Shown here piece after piece: positions 49,443 through 58,396 of a stretch of 59,866 bases of DNA (its first letter is position 1; each line of letters starts with the position of its first letter). A program made the translations under genes and the position numbers. The stretch lies in the sequence record DRR723986_817; one strand, 5' to 3'. The notes below the pieces were generated by a model, which was not told the DNA's origin, searched no databases, and worked only from the letters and a program-made list of their open reading frames with translations.

Positions 49443-50618
49443 TCACTTTTCATCGGACATGTATCCGAATGATTCTGCGTAGCTGTTCCACCGCCGCATA
49501 ATCTCGGCTTCTTTCTCTGCATCCGTTGCGTGTTTATTGACGCGATATTCGCCATGGCCTTCTAGGCGTTTTTCAAGCTGCGGTAGCATCTTGTCGAAGC
49601 CTTCGATGCCAAGCTCGGTGTAGATTTGCTCAACGATTTCTCGCGGCCGATCTACGAGGTCATCGTACCGAATCTGCATAAAATCCCTTGGATCCAACTC
49701 AGCCACTTGCTGATCGAAGCCGTCATACATTCCATGCATACAATCGTCGACGTACTGGTTGGCTTCCGCCGCGTCTTCGCTTGGCCTCTGCAATGCTTGG
49801 ACTGCATCGAGCGATCGCCACAGCCGGACCGTTGATGGCACAAGCTTCTTTGGATTCCGGGTCAAGTGAACAAACTTTGCACCTGGAAACAGCTCGGCCA
49901 AGAGTGCAACCCTCCCCGTATGCGTCGGACTTTTCACGACCAAGCGTTTCCCGGGATTAGCTACCGTCAGTGTTCGCACGAACCAGTGCAGTGCTTCACA
50001 CCAAGTCTTCTTGGCCTCCACAGGGACATCCCGCAAAGTCAGATACTCAAGCTGCTTTGGCTGAGTTGCCGGAAATGCAATTCGTGAATAGGGCGACCCG
50101 ACGCCCAGGTTCATGAGCGCAAATTCATCCTCTTGCGGCAGTTCCCAGCCCGCTTTCATGTTGTCCATCGGTCGTTTGTCTGGAAGCAGAAAGCGACCGA
50201 ACTTGACAAACGCCCACTGGCTCACCAAATGATGGCTGGGAGCGAAGCACTGGAATGTGGTAGCGCAAGCAAACTGCGGATCCGTCACCAACAACTCGTG
50301 CAGCAAGGTCGTCCCGCTTCGCCAATGCCCAATGATGAAGATAGGAGGCTGTTCAAGCTTCGCCGCGGCAATCTTCCTTCCGTAAACGCACCACTGCAAC
50401 AGTGCTAGCAAATCATTGGCCGGTGTGAAGATACTGACACCGAGCACGATGTGCAGACGCGACAACGAAATTCGAAGCCCATTGGAAAGTAGCGTTCGCC
50501 ACCAAACATGGCTTCGCATGCCGTGCCAGAACCTAGGGCTCCATCCTGGATAGTTATTGGTGGCATTGCTGTCATTGCGATCTGTAGCTTTTGGCAACGC
50601 CGAGACTCCCTGAATCAT
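49443..50618 (-). CDS. PAPS-dependent sulfotransferase (start uncertain; ORF open to 50666)
   Basis: PIFIIGHWRSGTTLLH, PQEDE, VKSPTHTGR and FVHLTRNP...STVRL. Confidence 0.88.
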   Translation of the reverse strand: MIQGVSALPKATDRNDSNATNNYPGWSPRFWHGMRSHVWWRTLLSNGLRISLSRLHIVLGVSIFTPANDLLALLQWCVYGRKIAAAKLEQPPIFIIGHWRSGTTLLHELLVTDPQFACATTFQCFAPSHHLVSQWAFVKFGRFLLPDKRPMDNMKAGWELPQEDEFALMNLGVGSPYSRIAFPATQPKQLEYLTLRDVPVEAKKTWCEALHWFVRTLTVANPGKRLVVKSPTHTGRVALLAELFPGAKFVHLTRNPKKLVPSTVRLWRSLDAVQALQRPSEDAAEANQYVDDCMHGMYDGFDQQVAELDPRDFMQIRYDDLVDRPREIVEQIYTELGIEGFDKMLPQLEKRLEGHGEYRVNKHATDAEKEAEIMRRWNSYAESFGYMSDEK

Positions 50619-50980
50619 AGGACGGTTGGAACCACCGCAGTGAACCGCGTTGGCGGATTGCCCCACCCAACTCTTTTTAAACTCAGCCAGATTTCATGGG
50701 TCTTTCTGGCTGGCAGCATGGTGCATCCTGGACAGCTAAATTTGCCGATCCACGGACCAGCAGAACTCAGCAGGCGGCAAGTTCTCTGGACACTGACGCC
50801 CCATTTTAGCTACTGTCGCATGGCTTACTGTTTTGCCAAGCCCACATGCACTCAATCGACTCTTTTGCTTGATTCCATCCAGCAAAATCGCGGACTAGCG
50901 AACTGGCTCCCGCCGCCAGAGAAGTTGAACTTGTTGAGGCATAAAGCGTGGCAGGAAAACGCATTGCCCCAGGTCAGAGC

Positions 50981-53071
50981 ATGATGAATTTCGCAAAGCT
51001 AATCCAACAGTATCGGGATCTGATCCTCCCGATTTCGATCATTTCCTGCGTGGTCGTGATTCTAGTTCCATTGCCCACGATGGTGATGGACTTGCTGCTG
51101 TCAGCCAACATTGCGATCTCAGTAATCGTTCTCTTAACTACGATTTACATCAAAACGCCGCTCGAATTCAACATTTTCCCATCGCTGTTGGTTGCGACAA
51201 CCTTAGGACGACTGGTACTAAATGTTGCGACGACTCGACTGATTCTAACTCGTGCGGACTCGGACAGCCTGGAAGCTGCAGGCGGAGTTATCCAAGCGTT
51301 TGGCCAATTCGTTGCGGGCGATCGCACGGCGGTCGGAATCATCATCTTCGTCATCATTGTATTGATTCAATTCCTCGTTATCACCAAAGGTGCGACGCGG
51401 GTCAGTGAAGTTGCGGCAAGGTTTGCGTTGGACGGAATGCCGGGAAGGCAAATGTCGATTGACGCCGACTTGAACTCCGGCGCGATTGACGAAGCTGAAG
51501 CACAGCGACGACGTGAAGAATTGACCAGCCAAGCAGACTTCTACGGGGCCATGGATGGTGCCAGTAAGTTTGTGCGTGGTGACGCTGTCGCGGGGATTTT
51601 GATCACGCTGATCAATATTGCTGGCGGACTGTTTGTTGGTATCTTCTACGCAGGTTTGGATGCAGGCCAAGCCTTCGAACTCTTTACAACACTGACTATC
51701 GGTGATGGTTTAGTCAGTCAAGTTCCTGCGTTTCTGATTTCGCTAGCGGCGGCCTTGCTTGTCACACGTAGCACTCAGAAGACAAACCTGCCGACAGAGT
51801 TTCTCTCTCAGTTGCTCTCCCGCCCCCAAGCACTTGCTGTGGCAGGCGGTTTTCTCGGCCTGTTGATATTCACTCAACTGCCAACGCTACCTCTACTCAC
51901 ACTCGGCGGCGGTTGTGTCGGTCTTAGCATTATGATCGCAAAACAAACACGCGAAGAGGAACAGCGAGAACAAGCTGCTGAAGCGCGAGCAGAAGTTGAA
52001 AAGTCGCTTCCGCAGGAACCTGAGCCCAAGGATCACTTAAGGGTAGATCCGATGCAACTCTGCCTTGGTAGTAATCTGCTCCAGTATGCCAATCAAGCTC
52101 AAGGCGGTGAACTCGTTGATAAGATCAAGGGTGTTCGAAGCGAAATCGCTAGGGAGATGGGGACACTGCTGCCGTCGGTTCGGCTCGTTGACCAGTTGGG
52201 ATTGTATGAAAACGGATACTCAATCCAAATCTCCGGCGACGAAGTAGCGCAGGGGACTGTTTATCCCAACATGCTTTTGGCCGTTGCATCCGGACCGGTC
52301 ACGGGGACCATACCTGACGCCAGCCCGACGACCGACCCGGTACTTGGCAACCAAGCTTACTGGATTCGCGAGGATCAAAAACTACAAGCAGAGCTGTACG
52401 GATTTGATATCGCGACACCGGAAATGGTAATTGCAACACACGTTCAAGACGTTGGCGAAAAATACGCCCACGAGCTACTCACGCGAGATGCAACCAAAAC
52501 AATCATTGACCAACTCAAGGAACACAGCCCAACCGTCGTCGAAGAGTTAATTCCGTCGGTCCTCAAGCTATCGGAGGTCCAAAGCGTTCTACAGAACTTG
52601 CTGCGTGAGGACATTCCGATTCGTCAATTGGCAACGATTCTGGAAACACTAGGCGATTTTGCAACCCGCATTAAGGATCCCATGCTGTTGACGGATGCTG
52701 TGCGCTCGCGACTCTCGCGTACGATCAGCCAACGCTTCTCCGACCACACTGGGCAACTATATGTTCTAACGATTGACCCTGCCGTTGAAGACAGAATCGC
52801 GGCTGGCGTCAACGTCACCGACCGCGGCATGCAGATCCGCATGTCCCCCCAAGCCATCGAACTAACTTGCCAACAAATTGCCGCTCAACTTCCGAAGTTG
52901 ACTGATGCTGGGCACCCTCCTGTACTGTTGGTCAATCAACGAATCCGTTCAGCTTTACGACTGATTACCGAAAACCAGTTGCCGCAATTGCGGATCCTGA
53001 GCTTCTCAGAACTAACACGTCAAACGACAACCGTGTCCCTTGGGTCGGTTACTGATCCAGTTACCGCGTGA
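50981..53071 (+). CDS. flhA: Flagellar export gate protein FlhA
   Basis: FPSLLVATTLGRL.LNVATTR, ITKGATRVSEVAARFALDGMPGRQM.IDADL, FYGAMDGASKFV and TIGDGLV. Confidence 0.95.
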   Translation: MMNFAKLIQQYRDLILPISIISCVVVILVPLPTMVMDLLLSANIAISVIVLLTTIYIKTPLEFNIFPSLLVATTLGRLVLNVATTRLILTRADSDSLEAAGGVIQAFGQFVAGDRTAVGIIIFVIIVLIQFLVITKGATRVSEVAARFALDGMPGRQMSIDADLNSGAIDEAEAQRRREELTSQADFYGAMDGASKFVRGDAVAGILITLINIAGGLFVGIFYAGLDAGQAFELFTTLTIGDGLVSQVPAFLISLAAALLVTRSTQKTNLPTEFLSQLLSRPQALAVAGGFLGLLIFTQLPTLPLLTLGGGCVGLSIMIAKQTREEEQREQAAEARAEVEKSLPQEPEPKDHLRVDPMQLCLGSNLLQYANQAQGGELVDKIKGVRSEIAREMGTLLPSVRLVDQLGLYENGYSIQISGDEVAQGTVYPNMLLAVASGPVTGTIPDASPTTDPVLGNQAYWIREDQKLQAELYGFDIATPEMVIATHVQDVGEKYAHELLTRDATKTIIDQLKEHSPTVVEELIPSVLKLSEVQSVLQNLLREDIPIRQLATILETLGDFATRIKDPMLLTDAVRSRLSRTISQRFSDHTGQLYVLTIDPAVEDRIAAGVNVTDRGMQIRMSPQAIELTCQQIAAQLPKLTDAGHPPVLLVNQRIRSALRLITENQLPQLRILSFSELTRQTTTVSLGSVTDPVTA

Positions 53072-53129
53072 ACGCGCCGCAAAGCGAATGACACAGAACT
53101 AGAGGCCTAGCGTGATGCTAGGAGATGCA

Positions 53130-54500
53130 ATGCAGATCAAGACCTTTCGAGCTGAGTCGTTGCAGGAAGCCCTTCAACTCGTTCGCCTCGAGCTTGGCCC
53201 CGAGGCATCGGTGCTCCAGACGCGAGAAGTCAAGCAGTCCCGGCTTAGCGTATTCGGCAAGAAGTTCATCGAAGTTGAAGCAAGCGTGGAAATGCCGATA
53301 GCAAGCCGCTTGCATAGTGTGGCAAACACCGTGGAAGTCAGTCGGGTACAGCAAGTCGCATCACCCGCTACACATCAACAGTTAGTCCAAGTCGATTCCG
53401 ACAGCTCGCAAGGGCACATACACACCGATACATCCGCACACAATCCGGCGGGTGAAGAAGCCTCGCCACCTGCACACGCGCGACCGCCCTCCGCGTCTCG
53501 TTTCCGAAATCGCTTGCGGTCAATTGGGGCTAGCGCAATCGGTGCTAGCAAGCGGGGCTCCAAGGCAGGAAATCCTAGCCCAACCGCGACTCCGCACCAA
53601 ACAACAGAGCACACTACCGGAAGCATCGAACATGCGACGGACCAAGAAACGGCACGCGAACGTGCTGAGCAAACGCAGTCCCACCAGTTCCCACCGGCGG
53701 CTTACGAGCTGGTCAGTGAGATGCTGGACCATGGATTTCCATCAAAAGTAGCCGCCAAACTCGTTGGAGCCACTTTGGATGAAGTCTCCGCCGAGCAGCA
53801 TGACGATGATTGGGTGTTGCGTGGACGGACCGGGCAGCTCCTGTCGAAACAGTTTCATACAAGTGGCCCGATCGAGCCCACTGCTGGTGGCGATCCAACC
53901 GTCATTGCCTTCATGGGACCAACTGGAGTTGGCAAGACGACCACTCTGGCCAAGATTGCGGCTGGCTTCCGATTCGACCTCGGCCTGGATGTGGGCATGA
54001 TCACTATCGACACGTTCCGTCTGGGCGCCGTTGATCAACTACTGCAGTATGCAGAACTCATCTCTGCCCCATTGGAAGTTGTTAGTGCACCGGAGCAAAT
54101 TACCGGTGCAATCCAACGCCAAAGAGAATGCGACGTGATCCTGATCGATACTGCAGGGCGGTCTCCTGGTGACGCCGAGCAGTTGGCGCTGCTGGGGCAG
54201 TTCCTTGACGCGGCTCAACCCGATCAACGACACTTGGTACTAAGCGCTGCTTCGTCACACCATGTGGCTCAGCACGCAATTGAACGATTTGGCATAACCA
54301 AGCCGTCTCACATGGTGCTTAGCAAGGTCGACGAATCAGTTTGCCTGGGCTCGTGGTACGACCTCTTGACCGCTTCAGAAACTCCAATGAGTTATGTGAC
54401 CACTGGGCAACACGTTCCGCAGGACATCGTGGTAGCCAGCGGTAGAAAGCTAGCAAGCATTATGCTGGGAAGCTCGCAGTACCAGCAACCTGTTGCGTGA
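53130..54500 (+). CDS. flhF: Flagellar SRP-family GTPase FlhF
   Basis: MQIKTFRAESLQEAL..VR.ELG, GPTGVGKTTT, DTFR, DTAGRS and TTGQHVPQDI. Confidence 0.92.
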   Translation: MQIKTFRAESLQEALQLVRLELGPEASVLQTREVKQSRLSVFGKKFIEVEASVEMPIASRLHSVANTVEVSRVQQVASPATHQQLVQVDSDSSQGHIHTDTSAHNPAGEEASPPAHARPPSASRFRNRLRSIGASAIGASKRGSKAGNPSPTATPHQTTEHTTGSIEHATDQETARERAEQTQSHQFPPAAYELVSEMLDHGFPSKVAAKLVGATLDEVSAEQHDDDWVLRGRTGQLLSKQFHTSGPIEPTAGGDPTVIAFMGPTGVGKTTTLAKIAAGFRFDLGLDVGMITIDTFRLGAVDQLLQYAELISAPLEVVSAPEQITGAIQRQRECDVILIDTAGRSPGDAEQLALLGQFLDAAQPDQRHLVLSAASSHHVAQHAIERFGITKPSHMVLSKVDESVCLGSWYDLLTASETPMSYVTTGQHVPQDIVVASGRKLASIMLGSSQYQQPVA

Positions 54501-54508
54501 ATCGCCTG

Positions 54509-54553
54509 GAAAAGGCTCTGAGAGGGCTCTTGAAAAGACTCTGAGAAGGCTGT
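54509..54553. repeat. Degenerate ~11-bp tandem repeat, 4 copies
   Basis: GAAAAGGCTCT / GAGAGGGCTCT / (T)GAAAAGACTCT / GAGAAGGCTGT. Confidence 0.55.
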
Positions 54554-54633
54554 CGAGGGGACCGGTCTTGTGTGGCTGGTCGCGGGTGTCGAAGTAGCGA
54601 TCTGTTAAGTTATGTGGGCAAATAAAAAAACGC

Positions 54634-54661
54634 TAAACCTTTAAGCAATGAAGTCCGATAC
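54634..54661 (+). promoter_or_regulatory. Candidate sigma-28 promoter TAAA-N16-TCCGATAC
   Basis: Resembles TAAA-N15/16-GCCGATAA, has an A-tract upstream and lies in the flagellar cluster ahead of hyp-fliA. Confidence 0.5.
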
Positions 54662-54770
54662 TAGTTCTTACCGAGGAGTATCGTTGTGTTGATTCACTGC
54701 GATGCTCGCTCCTTAAAACAAGGAATGTTAATCGGCAAGGAAGTCGCGTAGCAGGGACGGAGAAAGTCAC

Positions 54771-55049
54771 ATGGCCCGAGCATATTCTGGCGTGCTAGGG
54801 GTATTGGCGATCTCATTCTTGATTGTGCGAGGACTCTTGGTCGGCACGCTCCCCAACGAAGTACTTTCATCCTGTCTGGTGGTTTTCCCAGTATTCGCTC
54901 TGATTGGTTACTGCATCGGCTTCATCGCCGAGCAAACTGTTCGCGAATCTGTCGAAAATCGTTTCCGAAGTGAAATGGCAAGCCTACATTCGGCAGTCGC
55001 TGGCAAACAATCCGATAAGACGGATTCCAATGAAAGAAAGTTGGCATAG
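54771..55049 (+). CDS. Small two-TM membrane protein
   Basis: Two hydrophobic helices plus a charged tail; GGAG RBS. Confidence 0.7.
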   Translation: MARAYSGVLGVLAISFLIVRGLLVGTLPNEVLSSCLVVFPVFALIGYCIGFIAEQTVRESVENRFRSEMASLHSAVAGKQSDKTDSNERKLA

Positions 55050-55345
55050 CTTCGTCAAGAAGATCTCGCTAAAAGAGGTTCCTACGGTGCAAATTTGAAC
55101 TGCAGCATCAGCTAGCAAGACGCTAACCAGTGCAGCAGGGAGATCAAGTTTGTGCTACCGACACTTGCGCCCTTACATTTCGATTTCTTGGTGGCTCAAG
55201 AAACCGAATGAGGCCAGTGCTCAAATTTGGTTGCGTGTTTCGGCTCATCCCCGTAACGCTTCCTCAAACAAGGGCAGAGCACAATGGCATTGACGTTTCC
55301 TATGACAACCGCGCCGACTCTGCCAGTCAGCTCACGGAGGATTGG

Positions 55346-56131
55346 ATGGCAACGAAGACTGCGCCAAATGAAGAAATCCAAGAAGTTTGGAAGCAATATA
55401 AGGCTGATTCGGACAACGTCGACCTTCGGAATCGACTAATCGAACAGTACATGCCTCTGGTGCGTTACAACGGTGACCGCATCTGGCAACGCCTTCCTGA
55501 TGGTGTCGAGCTTGATGACTTGATCAGCGCTGGCATCTTCGGCTTGATGGATGCAATCGACGCATTCGACACCAGCCGAGGAGTCAAGTTTGAGACATAC
55601 TGCGTGCCTCGTATTCGAGGTGCCATGCTGGATGAACTTCGGTCGATGGACTGGGTTCCTCGACTTGTTCGCAGCAAAGCGAGTAAGCTTGGTGAAGCCA
55701 AGAAGAAACTCGAAGCTCGCTATGGTCGAGCACCAACTGAGACGGAGCTCGCCGAGCACATGGAGATCAGCGTCGCTGAACTCGACAAGATGCAAAGCGA
55801 TTCAAACGCCGTCAACTTGGTTAGCTTGAACAAGAAGTGGTACGAGACAGATAGTTACAAGGATGTGCGAGAAATCGACATCCTTGAAGACAAGAAGGGT
55901 GAAGACCCAACGCGTCGCGTCCAAAAGGGCGACTTGATGCGTCTCGTGACCAAGGGATTAAACCGGAACGAACGACTCATCATCATTCTTTATTACTATG
56001 AAGAATTGACGATGAAGGAAATTGGCGCGACGCTCGACCTGAGCGAGAGCCGCGTCAGTCAAATGCACTCAAGCATTGTGGCTCGTCTACAAGACCAGCT
56101 CGGCAGGCGTCGCCCCGAGTTCGGTACCTAG
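55346..56131 (+). CDS. fliA: Flagellar sigma factor FliA/WhiG (sigma-28)
   Basis: DDLISAGIFGLMDAI, KFETY..PRIRGAMLDELR..DWVPR and LYYYEELTMKEIG..L.LSESRVSQ. GGAGG RBS before ATG 55346. Confidence 0.95.
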   Translation: MATKTAPNEEIQEVWKQYKADSDNVDLRNRLIEQYMPLVRYNGDRIWQRLPDGVELDDLISAGIFGLMDAIDAFDTSRGVKFETYCVPRIRGAMLDELRSMDWVPRLVRSKASKLGEAKKKLEARYGRAPTETELAEHMEISVAELDKMQSDSNAVNLVSLNKKWYETDSYKDVREIDILEDKKGEDPTRRVQKGDLMRLVTKGLNRNERLIIILYYYEELTMKEIGATLDLSESRVSQMHSSIVARLQDQLGRRRPEFGT

Positions 56132-56364
56132 GTCGATCTAACGAACAATTGAATTTGACTGCAAAGCCTTGTTGCCCATCTATGGGAAACAAGGCTTTGC
56201 TTCGTTTCTGCAGGCAGGAACTTCGCACCACTGAATCGTGCGTTCGTTCAACCGCATCGGGGACGCTACTAGTGCGAATCTCTATCGACACGATTTGCAC
56301 AAAAACGCTAACTTCAGCTCAAGTACCTGATTCCGTTGAAGTCCAGCTTAGATAACGTGTCCCC

Positions 56365-57600
56365 ATGCAAGCCGCTATACAAAACGGTGATCGCCTACGA
56401 CAGATTGCGATCCTGATTTCGAGCGTTGATGCGGCAACGGGTCGACAGCTACTTCTGCATTTCCCAACGGCAACCGCTAAGAAAGTTCGCGCGCTGGTCA
56501 ACAATCTCGGTCCAGTCTCACAGCAGGAACGAGAACAAGTACTCGCCGACTTTCAATCGAGCGTTGGGAACAATCCTGCACCAGCGGGAAACAACACGAC
56601 CGAGCAACCTCCTGCTGCAAGCCGCAATCCAACGGCCCCGACGCAAACCAACTCACCGCTCTCATCGCCTGACGTCGCTGTGGAGGAGACCGACCGACCG
56701 AAGTGGGCGGCACTGGCACCTGAGGCATTACTCGAGTTTGTGCGCGGCGAACGCCCCACAATCATTGCCGTCGTTATTAGCCAACTACAACCTGAAGTTG
56801 CCGTCGAGATTCTCCAGCAGCTCCCCGGTTCAGTCAATCAAGAGGTCCTCAAGCTAGTCTCTGGACTTGGCGATATCGACGACGCAGCGATCGAACAGAT
56901 CGATGCCTATCTGAACGAGAGATTTACCGAGTACCACAAGACATCCCTTGGACGCGAAGCAAACCGCCGTCGGATGGATGCACTTATTTCCGCGGCCCCA
57001 CCAGCACTTCGAGATCACTGGAGAAGCCTGCTTGGTCAGGATGACTCCACGACACTGAACGACCGAGCTTCTGAGATGACAGTATCCACCGCCGAACCAC
57101 GGTCCCCAGCAGAAGCTCTAGCTGACACGGTGGAAGACCATTTTGAAACCACGGAACAGTCCGCCAACATACTGCCATTTCCTCAGGACAGCACTCGCGA
57201 CGAAGCGACTCGGCTACCAAGGGCTGAATCGCCGGAACCATCTGCAGAAACTTCACGAGTGACAAACGGCTCCGCCGAGACGACGGCGGTACTGTCACCC
57301 CGCGATCGATCTTTGCTGCAAATCGAATTCGAACAACTGCTGAACCTGGAGCCGCACAACCTAGCAACTGTCCTGAGCACGCCACCAGCATCAACAGTTC
57401 TACTGGCGCTGGCTGGCTCCACGCCTGAGTTCATGAGTCGCTTCTACGATCTCTTGCTTCCGCGTGACGCTGAAGCCCTCCGTGTTCAGATGACCGCAAT
57501 TAGCTCACTAAAACTGAGTGACATCGACGACGCCCAGCGCGAGATTGTCGAACTAATGTCCACGCTACGCGCAGGCCCCAGCATGCGGCAAGCGGCTTAG
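56365..57600 (+). CDS. Divergent FliG-like motor switch protein
   Basis: QIAILISSV (FliG-N-like), ERPTIIAVVISQL (EHPQ-like) and LSDIDDAQREIV (FliG-C); precedes fliH-fliI. Confidence 0.7.
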   Translation: MQAAIQNGDRLRQIAILISSVDAATGRQLLLHFPTATAKKVRALVNNLGPVSQQEREQVLADFQSSVGNNPAPAGNNTTEQPPAASRNPTAPTQTNSPLSSPDVAVEETDRPKWAALAPEALLEFVRGERPTIIAVVISQLQPEVAVEILQQLPGSVNQEVLKLVSGLGDIDDAAIEQIDAYLNERFTEYHKTSLGREANRRRMDALISAAPPALRDHWRSLLGQDDSTTLNDRASEMTVSTAEPRSPAEALADTVEDHFETTEQSANILPFPQDSTRDEATRLPRAESPEPSAETSRVTNGSAETTAVLSPRDRSLLQIEFEQLLNLEPHNLATVLSTPPASTVLLALAGSTPEFMSRFYDLLLPRDAEALRVQMTAISSLKLSDIDDAQREIVELMSTLRAGPSMRQAA

Positions 57601-57657
57601 CAACGCCTTGCATACTTTTAGTTCTCACGCACCTCACTCTTGCATCGATTTACCAGT

Positions 57658-58332
57658 ATGGCTTCGGTTATCAAGTTCGATTCCGCCGGCGATTCTAAAA
57701 CTACCGAGCAGCCGCGCGAGTTTAACATTCAAGATGTGCAGACCAAGGCTCGTGAGTACTTGGCTGACGTTCAGAAACAGGCGGACCAAATCCTGGCCGA
57801 CGCAAGGGCTGAAGCAGAGAGCGTCGCAGAAGAAGCACGCGCGGCTGGCCTGGCAAGAGCACAGGCCGAAGTCGCTCAACAAGTCAACGAACAAGCTCAG
57901 AAACTGTCAGACCAACAATGCAAGTCGGCCGTTGGAGCATGTCAAAAGACAGTCGCACAATTGGGTGACAGTTCAGCACAGTGGCTTTCGCAATGGCGGC
58001 GTCAAACAATCGAGCTAGCGCTGAGTATTGCCGAGAAGATCGTGCGTAAGGAGATGCGTGAGAACCATGATCTTCTCCATGGTTGGCTTGAGGAAGCGAT
58101 CGTTGCCACCAAGGATCTGCGTGAGCTTCGCATCCTGGTCAATCCCGATGACTTCGCGGTAGCCGGACAATTCATGCAACACTTAGCCAAGAGCGTTCCA
58201 CAGGCTGCGGCGGCAGAGGTGGTACCGGATCCCGAAATTGAACCCTCTGGCTGTATGGTCAAGAGCTCCGATGGAACGATTGACTTACAACTCTCCACGC
58301 AGCTTGAGCGACTTGAAGAGCAACTTCAATAA
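57658..58332 (+). CDS. fliH: Flagellar export protein FliH
   Basis: Ala/Glu-rich helix, LALSIAEKIV, ILVNPDD and DPEIEPSGCMV.S..G.ID. Confidence 0.85.
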   Translation: MASVIKFDSAGDSKTTEQPREFNIQDVQTKAREYLADVQKQADQILADARAEAESVAEEARAAGLARAQAEVAQQVNEQAQKLSDQQCKSAVGACQKTVAQLGDSSAQWLSQWRRQTIELALSIAEKIVRKEMRENHDLLHGWLEEAIVATKDLRELRILVNPDDFAVAGQFMQHLAKSVPQAAAAEVVPDPEIEPSGCMVKSSDGTIDLQLSTQLERLEEQLQ

Positions 58333-58396
58333 CCGGTCCTTACGCGTCCCTTGCCGTTCAGCGTCGATAGGCAAAGAAAGCTAGTTCAACAAAGCC

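Noticed and set aside
55130-55345. 72-aa N-terminal extension of FliA
   Set aside because: It has no sigma-like features, and GGAGG directly precedes ATG 55346.
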